This document shows positions 18,317-26,207 of a stretch of DNA of 64,000 nt, piece after piece; the stretch's first letter is position 1, and each line of letters opens with the position of its first letter. A program made the position numbers and the translations under genes. Location: NCBI GenBank assembly GCA_045863235.1, contig BTUM01000001.1:288001-352000 (forward strand). Direction: 5' to 3'. This stretch comes from Candidatus Xenobia bacterium. Its GTDB lineage: Bacteria > Vulcanimicrobiota > Xenobia > Xenobiales > QWHO01. The notes under the pieces are model-generated. The model was not told where the DNA came from and did no database searches. It saw only the letters and a program-made list of their open reading frames with translations.

Positions 18317-20182
18317 CTACTCCATCCAGCGTTCGTGCCACAACTGAAACATCAGCATGGTCCACAGGGGCTTGCGATGATCCACCTTACCGGCCAGGTG
18401 TTGCTGCACCATGCGCCCCAGGAAGGCGGGGTCGAACAATCCCTGCCGACGCAGCCGCTCGGGCTCCAGACAGCGGTCGAGCAAGGGCTTGAGGTCGGTC
18501 TTGAGCCACTGGGCCACGGGAATGCCGAAGCCCTTCTTGGGCCGCTTGAGAATACTGGCGGGCAAGCTGTCCTTCATGGCCTGCTTGAGAAGCCATTTGC
18601 CATTCATCCCGCGCAGCTTGAGCGGCATGGGTACGCGGGCCAACAGCTCGACGAGAGTGTGATCCAGGTAGGGCACGCGCCCCTCCAGGGAGACTGCCAT
18701 GGTGGCCCGATCGAGCTTCACCAGCAGGTCGTCGGGCAGATAGAAGTGGAGGTCCAGATGCTGGATGCCGGCGATCAGGTCGAGCCCGGCCAGCTCGGCC
18801 CGATGCTCCTCGAGGGGGCGCCAGGTGGCCTCGTGAGGCAGGCTGGCCTGAAAGGACGAGGTGTAGAGAAGGCGCTTGTCCTCGGCCGTAAATGAGCCCA
18901 TCCAGTGGAAGTGGCGCGGCATGACGGGCTCACTGGCATGCCGAAAGAAGCGCTTGAGCTTGAAGTCGAGGCTCAGGTAGCTGGTGGAGACTGGCATCCG
19001 ATTGACCGTCCAGGCGGCCACCCGGCTCAGAGGGCGGGGCAGCCAGGCGGCTACGGCGTGGGCCGGATAGGTGGGGTAGCCGGCCAGCAACTCGTCAGCC
19101 CCCTCCCCCGTCAGCACCACGGTTACCGATTGACGCGCGTAGCGGCTCAGGAGGTAGGTGGGCAGGATGGCGGCATCCCCGAGCGGCTCGTCGAGCTGGT
19201 CCACGACAGGATCGAGCACTTCCAGCGAGGCGCGCGGGTCGAGCAGCTCCTCATGGTGCTCGGTTCCCAGCTCTCTGGCGACCAGGCGGGCGTGGGAGGA
19301 CTCGTCGTAGGTGCGGTCCTGAAAACCGATGGAGAAAGTCTTCACCCGTCCGGTGGTCTCGCGGGCCAGGGCAGCCACCGCTGAGGAGTCGATTCCGCCG
19401 CTGAGGAAGACGCCCAGGGGAACTTCGCTGATCAACATGCGCTGCACGGATTGCTTGAGACTCTGGCGCAGCAGCCGTTGCCAATCGCGCGGCGAGAGGC
19501 TGCGATCTTGCTCGCGCAGCTTCAGCTCCCAGTAACACTGGACCAGGTTGGTGGCCGGGTCGCGCACTAGAATGTGCGCCGGAGGTAGCTTGGAGATGCC
19601 CTCCAGGATGCTTTCGGGGGCGGGCACGTACTCGAAGGTCAGGTACTGGTCCAGCGCCACCGGGTTAAGTCTCCTGGCGATCGTGGGCAGCTCGAGCAGG
19701 GCCTTCAGCTCGCTGGCAAAGGCGACCCCCCCGGGGATCTCGGCCGTGTAGAGGGGCTTGATGCCCAGCCGGTCACGAGCCAGAAAGAGTCGCTCCCTTT
19801 TCCGATCCCACAGGGCCAGAGCGAACATCCCGTTGAGGGCCTCGAGGCACTCCACCCCGCGCTCTTCGTAGAGGTGCACGATGACCTCGCCATCGGCGTG
19901 GGTGGCGAAGCGATGACCCCGCTCTTGCAGTCCGGCGCGCAACTCCTGGAAGTTGTAGATTTCCCCATTGAAGACGCAGACCAGGTCGCCTGTCTCGTTG
20001 CGATAGGGCTGATGGCCTCCGGCCACGTCGATGATGCTGAGCCGCTGGATGGCCAGGGCTACCGGACCTTCGGTAAACAGGCCCTGCTCGTCCGGCCCAC
20101 GATGGTGAATGCGGGCGGCCATGCGGCCCAACAGGTCGCTCTGGGGAGGGTGGTGACTGTACCAGCCGCAGATGCCGCACAC
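18317..20182 (-). CDS. asnB: Asparagine synthase (glutamine-hydrolysing)-family amidotransferase
   Basis: N-terminal CGICG, HRGPD, FNGEIYN, RDRLGIKPLY, LSGGIDSS, GEGADE and RPKKGF motifs. Confidence 0.95.
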   Translation of the reverse strand: MCGICGWYSHHPPQSDLLGRMAARIHHRGPDEQGLFTEGPVALAIQRLSIIDVAGGHQPYRNETGDLVCVFNGEIYNFQELRAGLQERGHRFATHADGEVIVHLYEERGVECLEALNGMFALALWDRKRERLFLARDRLGIKPLYTAEIPGGVAFASELKALLELPTIARRLNPVALDQYLTFEYVPAPESILEGISKLPPAHILVRDPATNLVQCYWELKLREQDRSLSPRDWQRLLRQSLKQSVQRMLISEVPLGVFLSGGIDSSAVAALARETTGRVKTFSIGFQDRTYDESSHARLVARELGTEHHEELLDPRASLEVLDPVVDQLDEPLGDAAILPTYLLSRYARQSVTVVLTGEGADELLAGYPTYPAHAVAAWLPRPLSRVAAWTVNRMPVSTSYLSLDFKLKRFFRHASEPVMPRHFHWMGSFTAEDKRLLYTSSFQASLPHEATWRPLEEHRAELAGLDLIAGIQHLDLHFYLPDDLLVKLDRATMAVSLEGRVPYLDHTLVELLARVPMPLKLRGMNGKWLLKQAMKDSLPASILKRPKKGFGIPVAQWLKTDLKPLLDRCLEPERLRRQGLFDPAFLGRMVQQHLAGKVDHRKPLWTMLMFQLWHERWME

Positions 20183-20185
20183 GGT

Positions 20186-22012
20186 CTAGAGGCGCTCCAA
20201 CAGTCTCTGGGCTGGCTCGAACCTCAGGCGGGCAGCCTTCTCGGCTTCGCGCCGGGCATCGGTTGGCTTATTCAAGTTGAGATACACGACCGCCAGGTTG
20301 TAGTGGGCTACCGCCGAGTCGGGCCGCAGCGCCACGGCTTGCTTCAAGTCCGACAGAGCCCCTCCTGCATCGCCCAGGCCCAGGCGCGCCTGGCCGCGAC
20401 CCAGGTAAGCTCCAAAATCGTTGCGGTCCAGCTCAAGTGCACGCGTATAGGCCTCCAACGCCGGTTGCCAACGCTTCTCGCGCCCCTCCAGCTGTCCCAT
20501 CAGCCACCAGGTCAGGGGCGAGCCCGGATCGTCACCCAGCTTCGCTTCCACTTCCGACCGGGCAGCCAGGGTTCCCCGAGGGAAGGGGTCCGCCAGGGCA
20601 GGATTCACTGCCCGGTAAGCTGGCAGCCCCAGCGAGCTGGGCACGTAGAGAACAGCCACGTCGTCGAAGTAGACGAGCGACCAGCGCGGGTCTCTGGCCA
20701 GGCGGCCGGCCAACCAGGAGTGGGCCTCGGATGGGTCGGTGTAGTGCAGGAGGTAGGCACCGATCGAGTACTTTCTGGCCACCTCCTCCTGACGGACCGG
20801 GTCTTGCAGCGCATCCAGGTAGTCGTGCATCAAACTGTCGGGGAAGGTGCTCGTCATGCCGTGAATCATGACCGGGGCCTCGCGAAACACCAGATAGCCA
20901 CCCAGGTGGTAGCTGTTGAAGACGGTGCCCGGCACCTGGTGGGCGCGCAGGAATTCCAGGGCACCTTCCGGGTAGACTCGCCGAGGAATGTCCCGGCGAT
21001 TCCAGTCTCCCTCGCCGGGCCCGAGCAGCAAGACCCCGAGCAGAGCGATGAGCACCACCAGGTTGAGAGACTTGCGATCTGGCACAGACGGGCCCCAGGC
21101 GTAGGCGACCAGACCCGTGGTGGCAGCTCCAAACTCGCCCAGGGCGCGACCATGACGCGAAGCCGTAAAGAGCATCCCGAGGCAGGCGATGAGGTGACCC
21201 GGACGAAACCGCCCCTGTTTCCAGGCCACCACAAACCCCCCCAGCATGACCAGGACGAAGAGGCCCGGGGGACCGAGCCAGGATTCCAGCGGAATGGGAA
21301 GCCACTCGATATTGTTCTCCATCATGGCTTTGCGCGCGAAGGTCTTATGAACATAGACATAGATTTCCCAGCCGCCGGGGCGGACCATCGCGCCCAGAGC
21401 CGCGGCCACCAGGGCATAAAAATACAGGCGACGAAACCTCGAGCCCACCCAGATGGCCCCCAGCACCGCCAGTCCTGCCGCCAAACCCGCGTGGACGTTG
21501 GTCCAAAATGCGTAAACGCAGAACATCAGGGCGGGGAGAAAGACACGCTCACTGCGTTCCTGACGCAGCACGAGCCAGGTTTGCAGAGCCAGCAAAAGGT
21601 CGGAAACCAGGTGGGGGCGCAACATGAACCGCCCTTGCACCATCCAGAGCTCCAGGGCCACCAGAAGAACCGTCGCCCAGGGGGCCAGGCCCGCCAGGCG
21701 ACAGCCAAGGCAGAGCACCAGAGCCAGGAGAGCCAGCAACAAAGCTTTCGCCACCGCCAGGCCTGGCAAGCCAAAGTGTTGATAGATCTGCCAGGAGGCC
21801 CAGGCAAAGCCCCACTCGTCGTTGAGCCAGTGGGGCGCCTCAAAGAGGCTGGAACTGGCCAGAAAGGTTTCCTGATGAGGGATCGTTCCGGTGCTGGCGA
21901 TCTCCCGGCCCATGCGCAGATCGAACCAGAGATCGTAATCCAGGGGGGTGCTGAGGGTGCGCAGGAAGACGCAGGCCACCAGCAACCCGATCAAGAGCAC
22001 CGGAAGGCGCAT
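20186..22012 (-). CDS. Polytopic membrane protein (GT-C glycosyltransferase-like) with C-terminal TPRs
   Basis: Acidic loop DYDLWFDLRMG after TM1, about 10 TM segments, C-terminal TPRs (YTRALELD, AVAHYNLA). Confidence 0.65.
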   Translation of the reverse strand: MRLPVLLIGLLVACVFLRTLSTPLDYDLWFDLRMGREIASTGTIPHQETFLASSSLFEAPHWLNDEWGFAWASWQIYQHFGLPGLAVAKALLLALLALVLCLGCRLAGLAPWATVLLVALELWMVQGRFMLRPHLVSDLLLALQTWLVLRQERSERVFLPALMFCVYAFWTNVHAGLAAGLAVLGAIWVGSRFRRLYFYALVAAALGAMVRPGGWEIYVYVHKTFARKAMMENNIEWLPIPLESWLGPPGLFVLVMLGGFVVAWKQGRFRPGHLIACLGMLFTASRHGRALGEFGAATTGLVAYAWGPSVPDRKSLNLVVLIALLGVLLLGPGEGDWNRRDIPRRVYPEGALEFLRAHQVPGTVFNSYHLGGYLVFREAPVMIHGMTSTFPDSLMHDYLDALQDPVRQEEVARKYSIGAYLLHYTDPSEAHSWLAGRLARDPRWSLVYFDDVAVLYVPSSLGLPAYRAVNPALADPFPRGTLAARSEVEAKLGDDPGSPLTWWLMGQLEGREKRWQPALEAYTRALELDRNDFGAYLGRGQARLGLGDAGGALSDLKQAVALRPDSAVAHYNLAVVYLNLNKPTDARREAEKAARLRFEPAQRLLERL

Positions 22013-22055
22013 AAGATGGGCCTTCTCCGAATGTCAAAGCCTTCCTGGTGCGCTG

Positions 22056-22084
22056 TTGACAGCCCGGGGGGCCTTTGCTAGAAT
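22056..22084 (+). promoter_or_regulatory. Sigma70-type promoter of rplM-rpsI
   Basis: TTGACA-17 bp-TAGAAT. Confidence 0.85.
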
Positions 22085-22148
22085 GGGCAGGCTTTTGACC
22101 AGGGCAGGTCTTTTCTCTTGCCCCCGGTCGATTCCCAGGAGGAACTCG

Positions 22149-22589
22149 ATGGATACCTACACCGTAAAGACAGAATCGGTGAAGAAAGATTGGTTCATTG
22201 TGGACGCCGACGGTCAGACCGTGGGGCGCCTGGCCACCCGCATCGCCGAAGTGCTGATCGGAAAGCACAAGCCCGAGTTTTCGACCCACGCCGACGTGGG
22301 CGACTTCGTGGTAGTCATCAATGCCGAGAAAGTTCGTTTCACCGGCCGCAAGTGGAGCCAGAAGCTCTATCGCCGCCACACCAACGGTCGCCCGGGCAGC
22401 CTGTTCGAAGTTCAAGCTGACGAGATGCACCGCAAGTTCCCCACTCGCGTGCTCGAGCACGCGGTCAAGGGGATGCTCCCCAAGAACAAGCTGCGCACCC
22501 CGCGCATGAACAAGTTGAAGATTTACCCCGGAGCCGAGCACCCGCACAAGTCGCAGCAGCCCAAGGCTCTCGAGTATTCGAAAGGTTAG
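22149..22589 (+). CDS. rplM: 50S ribosomal protein L13
   Basis: WFIVDA..GRLAT, GKHKP, GDFVVVINAEK, KGMLPKN and HPH motifs. Confidence 0.98.
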   Translation: MDTYTVKTESVKKDWFIVDADGQTVGRLATRIAEVLIGKHKPEFSTHADVGDFVVVINAEKVRFTGRKWSQKLYRRHTNGRPGSLFEVQADEMHRKFPTRVLEHAVKGMLPKNKLRTPRMNKLKIYPGAEHPHKSQQPKALEYSKG

Positions 22590-22598
22590 GAAGTAATC

Positions 22599-23012
22599 GT
22601 GGCCAACCAGAAGTTCTCGATCGGTTCGATCGTCTATGCTGCCACCGGGCGGCGCAAGCGTGCGGTAGCCCGGGTACGCCTTGTCCCCGGCGACGGCCGC
22701 ATCATCGTCAACGAGCGCACGGTGGAGGATTACTTCACCCGCGCCACCCAGTTGATGCTGATCCGTCAGCCCCTGGAGAGCACCCAGACGTTGACCAAGT
22801 TCAACATCCTGGCTCGCGTGCACGGCGGCGGCGTCTCCGGTCAAGCCGGCGCCCTGCGGCACGGCATCTCGCGCGCCCTGGTCGTGTTCGACGAGAACCT
22901 GAAGCCAAACCTTCGCCAGGGTGGCTTCCTTACCCGTGACCCACGCGAGAAAGAGCGCAAGAAGTACGGAAGAAAGCGCGCCCGGCGCGGCTTCCAGTGG
23001 ACCAAGCGTTAG
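22599..23012 (+). CDS. rpsI: 30S ribosomal protein S9
   Basis: TGRRKRAVARV, GGGVSGQAGA and LTRDPREKERKKYG motifs. Confidence 0.98.
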   Translation: MANQKFSIGSIVYAATGRRKRAVARVRLVPGDGRIIVNERTVEDYFTRATQLMLIRQPLESTQTLTKFNILARVHGGGVSGQAGALRHGISRALVVFDENLKPNLRQGGFLTRDPREKERKKYGRKRARRGFQWTKR

Positions 23013-23024
23013 GCTGAGGACGCG

Positions 23025-23056
23025 AAACGGCCCTGCAAAAGGGCCGTTTTTCTTTG
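23025..23056 (+). terminator. Rho-independent terminator after rpsI
   Basis: AAACGGCCCT-GCAAA-AGGGCCGTTT followed by a T-rich tail. Confidence 0.85.
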
Positions 23057-23073
23057 GTCGCGAAGGCCCGGCC

Positions 23074-24564
23074 ATGCGCGTGGTCACCGGCCAGGAGATG
23101 GCCCAGATCGATCGTCACACCATCACCGAGCTGGGCCTGCCAGGCCTGGTATTGATGGAGAACGCGGGGCGAGCGGTCTACCGAGCCGCCCGGCGCGAGT
23201 GGCCTCAAGCCCGAACCTTCAGCATCCTTTGTGGTCCGGGCAACAACGGCGGCGATGGCTTCGTGCTGGCCCGCACCTTGATGCAGAACGGACTGCTCCC
23301 GCGCGTCGCCCTGCTCGGCGATCCGGAGCGCCTGACCGGGGACGCGCTGGCGCATTACGAGCTGCTCTGGAAGTTTGGTTGTCCGGTCGAAACCCTGACC
23401 GACCCGAGCTGGTTGGCGGAGGGCGAGGTCTTGGTGGACGCGCTGTTCGGGACCGGCCTGACCAGACCGCTCGAGGGCGTGGCCCGCCAGGCGGTGGAGG
23501 CCTGCCAGGGGAGGCCGGTCCTGGCCGTCGACATCCCCTCGGGCATCTGCTCGCGCACCGGCCAGGTCCTGGGAGCGGCCGTGCAAGCCCAGCTGACAGT
23601 CACCATGGGCCTGCCCAAGCGCGGTCTTCTGCTCCACCCGGGCGCCGCCCATACGGGCCGGCTCGTTGTGGCCGAGATCGGTTTCCCCCCGGCCCTGCTG
23701 AGCCAGGCAGGCCAGGGAGAGCAGCTGGAGCGAGCCCAGATTCGCTCCTGGCTTCCCGCCCGAGGACCAACCTCGCACAAAGGCAGCTGCGGACACGCCC
23801 TGCTCGTGGCCGGCTCGGACCGCTATCCCGGGGCTGCTTTCCTGGCCACCGAGGGCGCTCTGCGTGCGGGTGCCGGCCTGGTCACCCTGGCCACCGCCCC
23901 CGGAGTGCGTGCCGAGCTTGCCTCCAGGCTCTCCTCGCCCCTGTCGCTGCCCCTCTCGGGCCCCCGCCTTCATCCCGAGGACCGCGAGACCTTGCTGGCT
24001 CAGAAGGTGTCAGCCTACCTGATCGGCTGTGGGCTCGATCTCGAGCCTGGGGCCGAAGAACTCGTGCGCGAGCTGGCCCGAAGCTGGCAGCCTCTGGTAC
24101 TGGACGCCGGGGCCTTGCGCGTGGTCGCCGGTCACGGTCCGCTGGGTGAGGGGCGCGTGCTCACCCCGCATCCGGGCGAAATGGCGAGCCTGCTCGAACG
24201 TCCCGTAGCCGAGCTGGAGGCGGACCGGATCGAAAGCGCCCTGGAGTGCGCCCGGCGCTATCAGTGCGTGGTGGTCTTCAAGGGGGCCCCGACGGTGATC
24301 GCCGACCAGGGCCAATTCTGGGTGAATCCCACCGGTACAAACGTGCTGAGCCAGGGGGGGACGGGGGACGTGCTGGCCGGCCTGATCACCGGCCTGCTGG
24401 CCCAGGGGCTGGATTGCCAGCGGGCCGCCTGCTGCGGGGTCTACCTGCACGGACTGGCTGCTCGCCTGGCTGGCCGCCAGATCGGCCCGCGCGGGGTTTT
24501 TGCCGACGAAATCGCTGCCCGCGTGCCCCGGGCCCTGCGCAGGGTTCTCAGAGCCAGGACATGA
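23074..24564 (+). CDS. nnr: Bifunctional NAD(P)H-hydrate epimerase/dehydratase
   Basis: LMENAG, GPGNNGGDG, DALFGTG, DIPSG, HKG, TPHPGEM and GGTGDVLAG motifs. Confidence 0.95.
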   Translation: MRVVTGQEMAQIDRHTITELGLPGLVLMENAGRAVYRAARREWPQARTFSILCGPGNNGGDGFVLARTLMQNGLLPRVALLGDPERLTGDALAHYELLWKFGCPVETLTDPSWLAEGEVLVDALFGTGLTRPLEGVARQAVEACQGRPVLAVDIPSGICSRTGQVLGAAVQAQLTVTMGLPKRGLLLHPGAAHTGRLVVAEIGFPPALLSQAGQGEQLERAQIRSWLPARGPTSHKGSCGHALLVAGSDRYPGAAFLATEGALRAGAGLVTLATAPGVRAELASRLSSPLSLPLSGPRLHPEDRETLLAQKVSAYLIGCGLDLEPGAEELVRELARSWQPLVLDAGALRVVAGHGPLGEGRVLTPHPGEMASLLERPVAELEADRIESALECARRYQCVVVFKGAPTVIADQGQFWVNPTGTNVLSQGGTGDVLAGLITGLLAQGLDCQRAACCGVYLHGLAARLAGRQIGPRGVFADEIAARVPRALRRVLRART

Positions 24565-25810
24565 GGGGCGAGTCGTCGTCCATAAGGATGCTCGGCGTCG
24601 CGGCCTGAGACAGAGCCATCTCCGGCTGCTCTTCCATCACCGTCAGCTCGCTGGGATCGTCGAGCAGCTTGCCGGCCTCCTCGCGGTTGACCAGACCCAC
24701 ATCCACCATGCGGGACAGGTGCCGGCCCAGCGTCTGCATGTTCGCCTGGCGCATGGCCTCGTGCAGGCTGGAGGTCTCGCCCCGACCGATGCAGTCGGCC
24801 ACTTCCTCGTTGCACTCGAGGATCTCGAAGGCGGGGAGCTTGCCTCGGCCGTCGGCCCGGGGGACCAGGTACTGGCACACAACCAGTTTCAAGACCCTGG
24901 AGAAGAGACGCAGCATTCGATTGTCATTGTTGTTATAGAAAACTTCGACGATCTGGTCCACTGCCCGCACCGCTGAGGGGGCGTCCAGCATGGCCAGCAC
25001 CAGGTGTCCCCCGGCCGCAGCCTGGATGACCACCTCCACCGTGTCCGGGTCGGGCAGCTCGCCCACGGCCAGGATGTCCGGGTCCTGCAGCACGGCCTGG
25101 CGAATCCCGTGGACATACGTCTCGGTATCCACCCCGACTTCCCGCTGCACCACGGTGGCCTTCTTGCTTTCGTGCCAGAACTGGATGGGGGATTCCAGGG
25201 TCACAACCCGCACCCGCTGCTGCTCGTTGAGGTGCGAGATCAGCGAGGCGAACGAGTTGATCTTCCCGCAACGCGGACGTCCTACCAGCAAGATCAATCC
25301 CTGACGCTGATCCAGCAACTGCTCCAGGACGCTGCCCGACAGACCGAGCTGAGCCAGCGGAGGAATGTCGGTCCGGATGCGCCGGATGGAAGCGCCCAGG
25401 AGCCCCCGCTCTTGATAGACGTGAAAACGAAAACCCGCCCCATCCATGGCGTAGCCAAAGCCGACTTCCATGCCCCGGGCCAGGGCCAACAAGTGCTCCT
25501 GATTGAGAACCTGCGAGAGCAGGGCCTGGCATTCACGCGGAGAGATGGCGTGCTCGCCGACCGGCACCAGCTCGTGGTTAATGCGCAGCATCGGAAACGA
25601 TCCCCCGTTGAGGTGCAGGAAGGTTCCCCGGTGCTTGACCATGACCGAAAGCAACTGATCCAGGCTGAAGCTCAGCTTGGGCTTGCCACTCTTCTCGGCC
25701 AATCCCTCCACAGCCGCCGTCAGGCGCTGCAGGGTGGCATTCAGTTGCTCGTCGAGACTCAAAGCCGGTCCCTCAGTTGATGTCGGCTTCCAGTTCTTCC
25801 TCTTCGGCAC
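24548..25810 (-). CDS. PilT/PilU-family ATPase-like protein with degenerate motifs
   Basis: QREVG.DT, LQDPDILAVGE, GHLV and MQTL motifs match the PilT family; Walker A reads GRPRCGKINS. Confidence 0.8.
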   Translation of the reverse strand: MPKRKNWKPTSTEGPALSLDEQLNATLQRLTAAVEGLAEKSGKPKLSFSLDQLLSVMVKHRGTFLHLNGGSFPMLRINHELVPVGEHAISPRECQALLSQVLNQEHLLALARGMEVGFGYAMDGAGFRFHVYQERGLLGASIRRIRTDIPPLAQLGLSGSVLEQLLDQRQGLILLVGRPRCGKINSFASLISHLNEQQRVRVVTLESPIQFWHESKKATVVQREVGVDTETYVHGIRQAVLQDPDILAVGELPDPDTVEVVIQAAAGGHLVLAMLDAPSAVRAVDQIVEVFYNNNDNRMLRLFSRVLKLVVCQYLVPRADGRGKLPAFEILECNEEVADCIGRGETSSLHEAMRQANMQTLGRHLSRMVDVGLVNREEAGKLLDDPSELTVMEEQPEMALSQAATPSILMDDDSPLMSWL

Positions 25811-26096
25811 CTGAATCGGGGTCAGCGCTCAGGGCCCGCGACAGCGTGTCCTGTCCGTCCAGGTTGAGGTGGGGGAAGAAATCGTCGTCCTCGTTCGCCC
25901 CGCGGGTGACCGAGATCTTTCCAGCCGCAATCTCCCACAGAGCCTGGCTGACCGACTTGCGAGCGTTGGTCTCGGCCAGCACCGGGCTGCCATCGTTCAA
26001 CTGCCGGGCCCGCTTGAGAGCCAGCGTCACCAGTGCAAACTTGTTGTCCAGGGCTTCGTTGCTCAGCAGCAGGTCAAGATTGGGTTCTACCAGCAT
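25773..26096 (-). CDS. rpoZ: RNA polymerase omega subunit
   Basis: NKFALVTLALKRARQL...KSVSQALWEIAAGKI; acidic C-terminal tail. Confidence 0.9.
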   Translation of the reverse strand: MLVEPNLDLLLSNEALDNKFALVTLALKRARQLNDGSPVLAETNARKSVSQALWEIAAGKISVTRGANEDDDFFPHLNLDGQDTLSRALSADPDSGAEEEELEADIN

Positions 26097-26207
26097 CGGG
26101 GTTCCTCCAGGGGCTTATGGGTTTTACGAACCAGCGAGGATACGCCACATCGCGTCAGGATTCCTGCAGGGAGGAGGGTATTCAAGCTTGATAGAAATTC
26201 TTTCGCT

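Noticed and set aside
19874..22081. Long alternative-frame or antisense ORFs (e.g. 19874-22081, 27606-29975, 46269-47948, 50997-52634)
   Set aside because: They are shadows of well-supported genes on the opposite strand, typical of high-GC codon bias, and carry no family motifs.
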